Assembly (NCBI RefSeq): GCF_001194135.2
Contig: NC_068983.1
Coordinates: 145,167,378 to 145,208,507, forward strand
Direction: 5' to 3'
Source of the DNA: Octopus bimaculoides
Lineage: Eukaryota
Length of the DNA stretch: 41,130 bases
In this document: positions 35,118-41,130 of the stretch, one piece after another
Position numbering within the stretch: position 1 is the stretch's first letter
Layout of the letters: each line of letters opens with the position of its first letter
Translations under genes and position numbers: made by a program
Notes under the pieces: model-generated
Seen by the model: the letters and a program-made list of their open reading frames with translations, nothing else
The model's database searches: none
Told to the model about the DNA's origin: nothing

Positions 35118-35141
35118 CAGACAAATACTTAGCTAGCTAGC

Positions 35142-35195
<54 letters not shown>

Positions 35196-36029
35196 CGGAG
35201 ATGTGAAAAAGCGTATGTGTGCGTGCGCGTGTATTTGTACTCGTCCCTACTAAGGGTACAAAACCGGAGTTCTGTTGTTCATGCCCACGTTCTGCAAAAG
35301 AAACCGATAGAATAAGTACCAGACTTGAAAAAAATATATACTGTGTGGAGTGGGGGCACTAAAGGCGTTATAACGTTTTGTTACAACGTTTAACACATAA
35401 AACATTATTTGAATTTAAATTTCAGAAGATTCATTTCATTTGGCATAAATTTTTGGATATATTCGTCTCATTGGTATTTTGTATAGCTTTTATTCTATAT
35501 TTAAATATACTGGCACAATACAAACGATCGTCAGCAATGTACGGTGCAATCACCAATTAACGATGCGATATTCTCCATTCTTGTTCATGTTATGTGTGTG
35601 TGTGTGTGTGTGTGTGCATTCAAATCACTTCCCTTTATACTGATCAAATGAATGTCTAATGACTTGCTTAAGAAACTCAGAGTAAAATATACAACCTAGA
35701 GTAACATACATAAGAATCAGTATTACTTTATATACGCATGCATATATAATTCTTTCTAATTTGGACACAAGACCAGCAATTTTGAGGAATAAAGATTAGT
35801 TGGATAAATCGACCTCAGTCAGCTTCCCTGGTTATTATTTTGTGGACACCGAAAGTTTCAAAATCAAAGCGGCGTTCGAAATTAGAACGTACGCAACCAA
35901 AAGAAATGCTGATAAATATTTTGCCCGACGTGCTAGCGATTCTGCCACCTCATTTCTTTATATGCATATATATATAAGGCATACATATATTAATATATTA
36001 CTCATATATCACCACTGAGCCATGCGCCT

Positions 36030-36345
36030 TCACATGACTCAGTGATTATAACAGCGGGTTCACAAACATGAGGTTTGTGAGTTCGATTCTCGAAGCAGGC
36101 TGTGTGTTGTGTTCTTGAGTAAGACACTTTATTTCACATTGCTCCAGTTCACTCAGCTGCAGAAATGAGTTGCGACTTCTCTGGTGTCAAGCTGTATCGG
36201 CTTTTGTCTTTCCTTTGAACAACATCAGTGGCGTGGAGAGGGGGAGGCTTGTATGCATGGGCGTCTGCTGGTCTTCCATAAACAACATTGCTCGGAACTT
36301 TTTAGGTGCAATCCCATGGCTTTTCATGACTGAAGGGACTCCTGT
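36030..36345 (+). mobile_element. older tRNA-derived SINE (family E, CORE/V-like)
   Basis: B-box gagttcgattctc followed by gtgttgtgttcttgagtaagacactttatttcac, a CORE/V-SINE-like block. Confidence 0.6.
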
Positions 36346-36354
36346 ATTACTCAA

Positions 36355-36421
<67 letters not shown>

Positions 36422-37509
36422 GTATATGTATAATATTGAGTAATATATACACATTAATATTAGAGAGAAGAAAAGATAATGACGAAGAGGAGACAGAAAT
36501 GAGACATTTTAAAATCAAGAAGTGTATCATAAAAAGAGTTAACAAAACTAAATCTGCTGAAATTTAAATTCAAATAATGTTTTATGTGTTAAACGTTTTA
36601 ACAAACTAAGAACATTCTTTGTTTAGGAAAATATTAAAAAGTCAGTCAAGTAACTTGATAACATTACTTGTATAATGGGTGCACAACCTGCATTAATTTG
36701 AATACTGATTTATCGTTTTCTTCATCTATAATGATCTTATTCAATTATCGAGTTTGTAATTCTAATGACGGAATTAGAAAGTCATGAAATGAAACTGAAT
36801 AAATAACGAAATAAATAAACACTTCAAGTTTTTTTTTTAATTGTATATGTATGTGTGAGTGTATATGTGTGTGTGGATGTGTGCGTGTGTGTGTTTGTGT
36901 GTAGGGGTGTGTGCGTGGGCGCGTGTTTTAATGAAATTAAATTGTGAAAATAGAGAATATGGAGTTAAATATAAACTGCATGTTAAATAACTACCTATCC
37001 AGATGATTAAAAACCTTATATTTTTGCCTTTTGCCTGTTTCAGCCTGCTAGTTGCGGTCATACTGGACCAACGCCATTATCTAAATGTTACCGGTTAATG
37101 CGGTTAGACTTCCTTAAAAGAGGATAATCTCTGTTTTTTGTTGTTTTTTTTCTATCTAAGGTAGTTTGTGCTCCTCAGTGTCCTATACAAGCAGGTCTAA
37201 TAAGCTGGATGATATCAAACACTGATCCATGATAGATTTACGTCGGTGTTAATAAAGTTAGCATCAGCAACATAGTGAATTTTATTTAATAAACAACACC
37301 ACGTCGAACTAGTGAACCCTCAACCTCCTATAAAGAGTAACAAAATCAGATTCCCCTTAAATGAGACGCTGCTCCTTTCAAAAGGGAAAGAAACATTGGA
37401 TATAGTGGTTTGGGATACACTATATTTGGCAATAAAAGATGTGATATCCATAATTGGAAGGTCTTTGATCACAGATCTGCTTTATCAGACTAAACTTGGG
37501 CGCTAAACA

Positions 37510-37891
37510 TGTTGGCATTCCCTCGCTTACGACGTCGAGGGTTCCAGTCGATCCGATCAACGGAACAGCCTGCTCGTGAAATTAACATGCAAGTGGTTGA
37601 GCACTCAACAGACACGTGTACCCTTAACGTAGTTCTCGGGGATATTCAACGTGAAACAGTGTGACAAGGCTGATCCTTTGACTTACGGGCACAACAGAAA
37701 CAGGAAGTAAGAGTGAGAGAAAGTTGTGGTAAAAGAGTACAGCAGAGTTCGCCACCATCCCCTGCAGGAGCCTCGTGGAGCTTTAGGTGTTTCGCTAAAT
37801 AAACACTCACAACGCCCGGTCTGGGAATCGAAACCGCGATCTTATTACCGCAAGTCCGCTGCCCTAACCACTGGGCCATTGTGCCTCCACA
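37510..37891 (-). mobile_element. SINE family C, full length with intact head, 12-bp TSD gggcgctaaaca
   Basis: TSD at 37498-37509 and 37892-37903; reverse complement of the 18833 and 33367 copies. Confidence 0.93.
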
Positions 37892-39763
37892 GGGCGCTAA
37901 ACAATAATGTCAGCAAAACACACCAATTTAGACAACAGCACCGCTAATACTACCATCACCAAGACTATTACCTTCATCAAGTCAATGTGGACCTTCAGAT
38001 TTCTATAAAAAGCAGTTATTTTCCTAAAATCACGCGAAACCGCTTCCAAGCATGAAGAACGCTTCAGAAATGCAGTTCGAAAAAAAAACGAGATTGTCCT
38101 AGTTGGAACGCTTTTGATCATTGGACTACTCGATCATGATTCACCTAGAATCAAACAATAAAGAAAATGTGGCTTCTAGCTTAGATTGTTTATGAGACTC
38201 ATTCCAATCTAAAGTTAAGACAATGTTTATTATAAGTCTTTAAACATTTCGCCGGCTGTGTTCTTTTCTCTTATTTGTTATGTCAGTATTTCTGGTGGCC
38301 AAGAAGTTCAATATTTGCATAAAATATGTGACCACGCAACGATTCTTAAAAAAGAACATCCATCTCAGCACGTTGCAACATGCTAACGTGTATATATGCA
38401 TGTATATATGTGCATTCGTACAAGTGCATAAATATAGACATGTACACAAGTATGTACAGAAAGACGCAAGTATGCAACTATGTTCAAGAATGTGACGCAG
38501 GCATGTATGCAAGTGGTGTGCACGTATATGAATATACGTTGCAGGGATATTTGTGCAAGTACGTACATATATTTATATGCACATACGTACATACGTATGT
38601 GCATAGAAATGAACAAGTCCATGCAAACACATTCTAATTAGTATTCGAATGTATTCCACACGGTTCCTAGTCCCAATGTGGGTTTGAGCGTGAATATCTT
38701 ATAAATGTATGTGAGGGTGAAAGCAATCCTGTGGAAACTGATATGCATGTGTATGTAAGGTTGCATATGTTTATATATTTAGATAATCAAACGCATAGAT
38801 GCACATATATTGTGTGCATATCTATGCTTGTATATGTTTTCACCAAGAAGTGTGAATAGACGCACGTCTGTTTTCACATATATACGCACATTCGTACATA
38901 TGTGGGACGAAAATAGCAATTTTTACACGAAAAGTTTAACCTCTAGCCGACAGCTAATATCCTTATGAAAATCAAATCTCTATTTCTACTATTATGTCCT
39001 CTTTACTCTAACACTACCTTCCAAGCATATAATATCGACTGACTTTATCATAAAACCAGTATCATGTGATTTTTTTTTTCCAGGAAATAACTATTTACTC
39101 GATAGATTCCGTTCATGGACAATTTTCACAATATTTTCCATATTTATGTAGTATCGATTGAGCTTATCATATCTTCCATATTAATTTAATATTGATTGAC
39201 TATATCCTATAGCCACAACGTCATAAAACTTCTTACCGCAAAAAAAAACTATTGCCCGAAAAAGTCTGCTCATGGAATATTTTCACGAGATTTTCCATAT
39301 ATTATGTTTCTAAGTTATTCTCATTAAAAATCAAGAGAAAGTTACACGCCCAAAGGGCACCGCCCTGTCTATGTGTTCACGATAGTATTCAAAACACGGG
39401 TTCTAGTATGTTTACCTTAACATGCAAAACTCAAAGCCTCGCTTCAAATTCAAGCATTCTTCAAAGTTTTCCGTGTATTTTTTTCCATAATGAGTACCGA
39501 TGAACTTTTATGTAAATATATCAAATTAAAGATACTACGAGGTATATTACAATGGACAATAACAAGTGGACTCTCACCTTTTATCTCTCATGTTTCTCCC
39601 TCTTTTAATTTCTTCTTTGTGATATGATTCTTGGGAAAGAATATATTTGCGGCTGAAGATAGCTTTATACTATCAATTATATACCAATAATGATGCAACT
39701 ATAAAGCTTGAAATAAGGGTACCGCAGAATCCTTTGTGTTTTGTTTTTATTTTTACGTTTCCA

Positions 39764-39803
<40 letters not shown>

Positions 39804-41130
39804 CAGCTGGCTAAAAGCAACAGTAANNNNNNNNNNNNNNNNNNNNNNNNNNNNNNNNNNNNNNNNNNNNNNNNNNNNNNNNNNNNNNNNNNNNNNNNNN
39901 NNNNNNNNNNNNNNNNNNNNNNNNNNNNNNNNNNNNNNNNNNNNNNNNNNNNNNNNNNNNNNNNNNNNNNNNNNNNNNNNNNNNNNNNNNNNNNNNNNNN
40001 NNNNNNNNNNNNNNNNNNNNNNNNNNNNNNNNNNNNNNNNNNNNNNNNNNNNNNNNNNNNNNNNNNNNNNNNNNNNNNATATATACTGGCTATAAGTAAG
40101 CATATATAATTGCTTACATATAATTTCATTGATTTATTAATGCGCTCAAAAGAAAGGAACCAATCGGTATCAGGTATACTTTTACTTTGTAGAGTATTGA
40201 GTTAAATCGTATTGTTCCGTAGCAATTTTGTAATTTCTTAACGTATAATTTTAAAGCATTCAATGCTCTTTTTATTCTGTGGTATCTACAGAGTGTAAAG
40301 CAACTCATAAGATTCCAAACTAAATATTGTATGTACAGTAGAAGGAGGTGATAAAAATGGGATGCTGCTGAAGCATTAGGGCTTGCGCAGTTGAAAAACT
40401 ACAATGAGTCAACTTGACAAAATAAACGTTGTCATGTGCAAAATTCCTGTGCGCCTAACTCTTGTAAACTAAAAGACATACAACTATGATAAATATAGGG
40501 AAAATGTTTAGTGCTTGGATGTCGAAGCGTCAACCACCAATTTGTCATTATCATGTACAAAGTTTAAATTCATTTAGTTGAAGCAAATGTTTATTTATTG
40601 AGTGATTAAGTAAACAAATTCCGTATATCACTAGATTTTCCGTTTAATGTCCATATAATAAAAAAGATTTGAAGATGTCTTTCATCATTCCTGAAGTACT
40701 GGAATGGTAGAATTTTGAACAAATAATGGTTTAAAGTTCTGTCACCAAACGCATTTAATCCTAAAAACAGTGTAATACAAATATTTGCTATTTTTACACC
40801 CACGTATTTTTTTTTCCTTTGAGAAAATAAAATATTTCCAAAATAGCCCACATTCCCATATATTTAAAGTAAGAGTTGGTGGATAATAACGTCTTTCTCA
40901 TTAGTAGTGATGGAAATTCGAGAGCTGTCTGAATGTCAACGCGTGGTGATTCCTCTTTCATTTTATTTCTATTGATTTTAGATGAGTTTCTTCGTCTTTT
41001 CAAACCATCATCAAAAAGCAACAAATGTTTGAGCGAAATTGATTAAATAAAAAGTACATACACGCACATACACCTGTGATTTTTGTGTGAGAGAAAATCT
41101 CTTCATAGATATGGTGTATTAAAAACACTA

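Noticed and set aside
37830-37891. tRNA-Arg-like sequence
   Set aside because: It is a SINE head: the acceptor stem is not closed and it continues into the family C body.
40606-41024. Two overlapping minus-strand ORFs (81 and 76 aa)
   Set aside because: No recognisable domain or convincing splice sites; compatible with chance in AT-rich DNA.

Overview
AT-rich, repeat-saturated eukaryotic draft-assembly window with 11 N-gaps. The SINE families, microsatellite load and LINE types look like an octopus/cephalopod genome (inference from pattern recognition, not a search). No intact long ORF or recognisable host gene is present. Most entries in the ORF track are artefacts of microsatellites or N runs. 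Supported features are decayed mobile elements: two fragments of an R4/Dong-type RLE LINE sitting in (TAA)n/(CAA)n; a Penelope-like RT/GIY-YIG remnant; a Tx1/L1-clade LINE 3' end inside a duplicated (GATA)n(GACA)n array, with three shorter related 3' tips; a DD34E Tc1 transposase; a Tigger/pogo non-autonomous element with TIRs and TA TSD; a long-TIR MITE; and at least four tRNA-derived SINE families. The most interesting pattern is that different retroelement families repeatedly occupy different microsatellite types: Tx1-like in GATA, and R4-like plus two non-autonomous families in TAA. A few weak plus-strand exon candidates lie at 20.5-29.5 kb.
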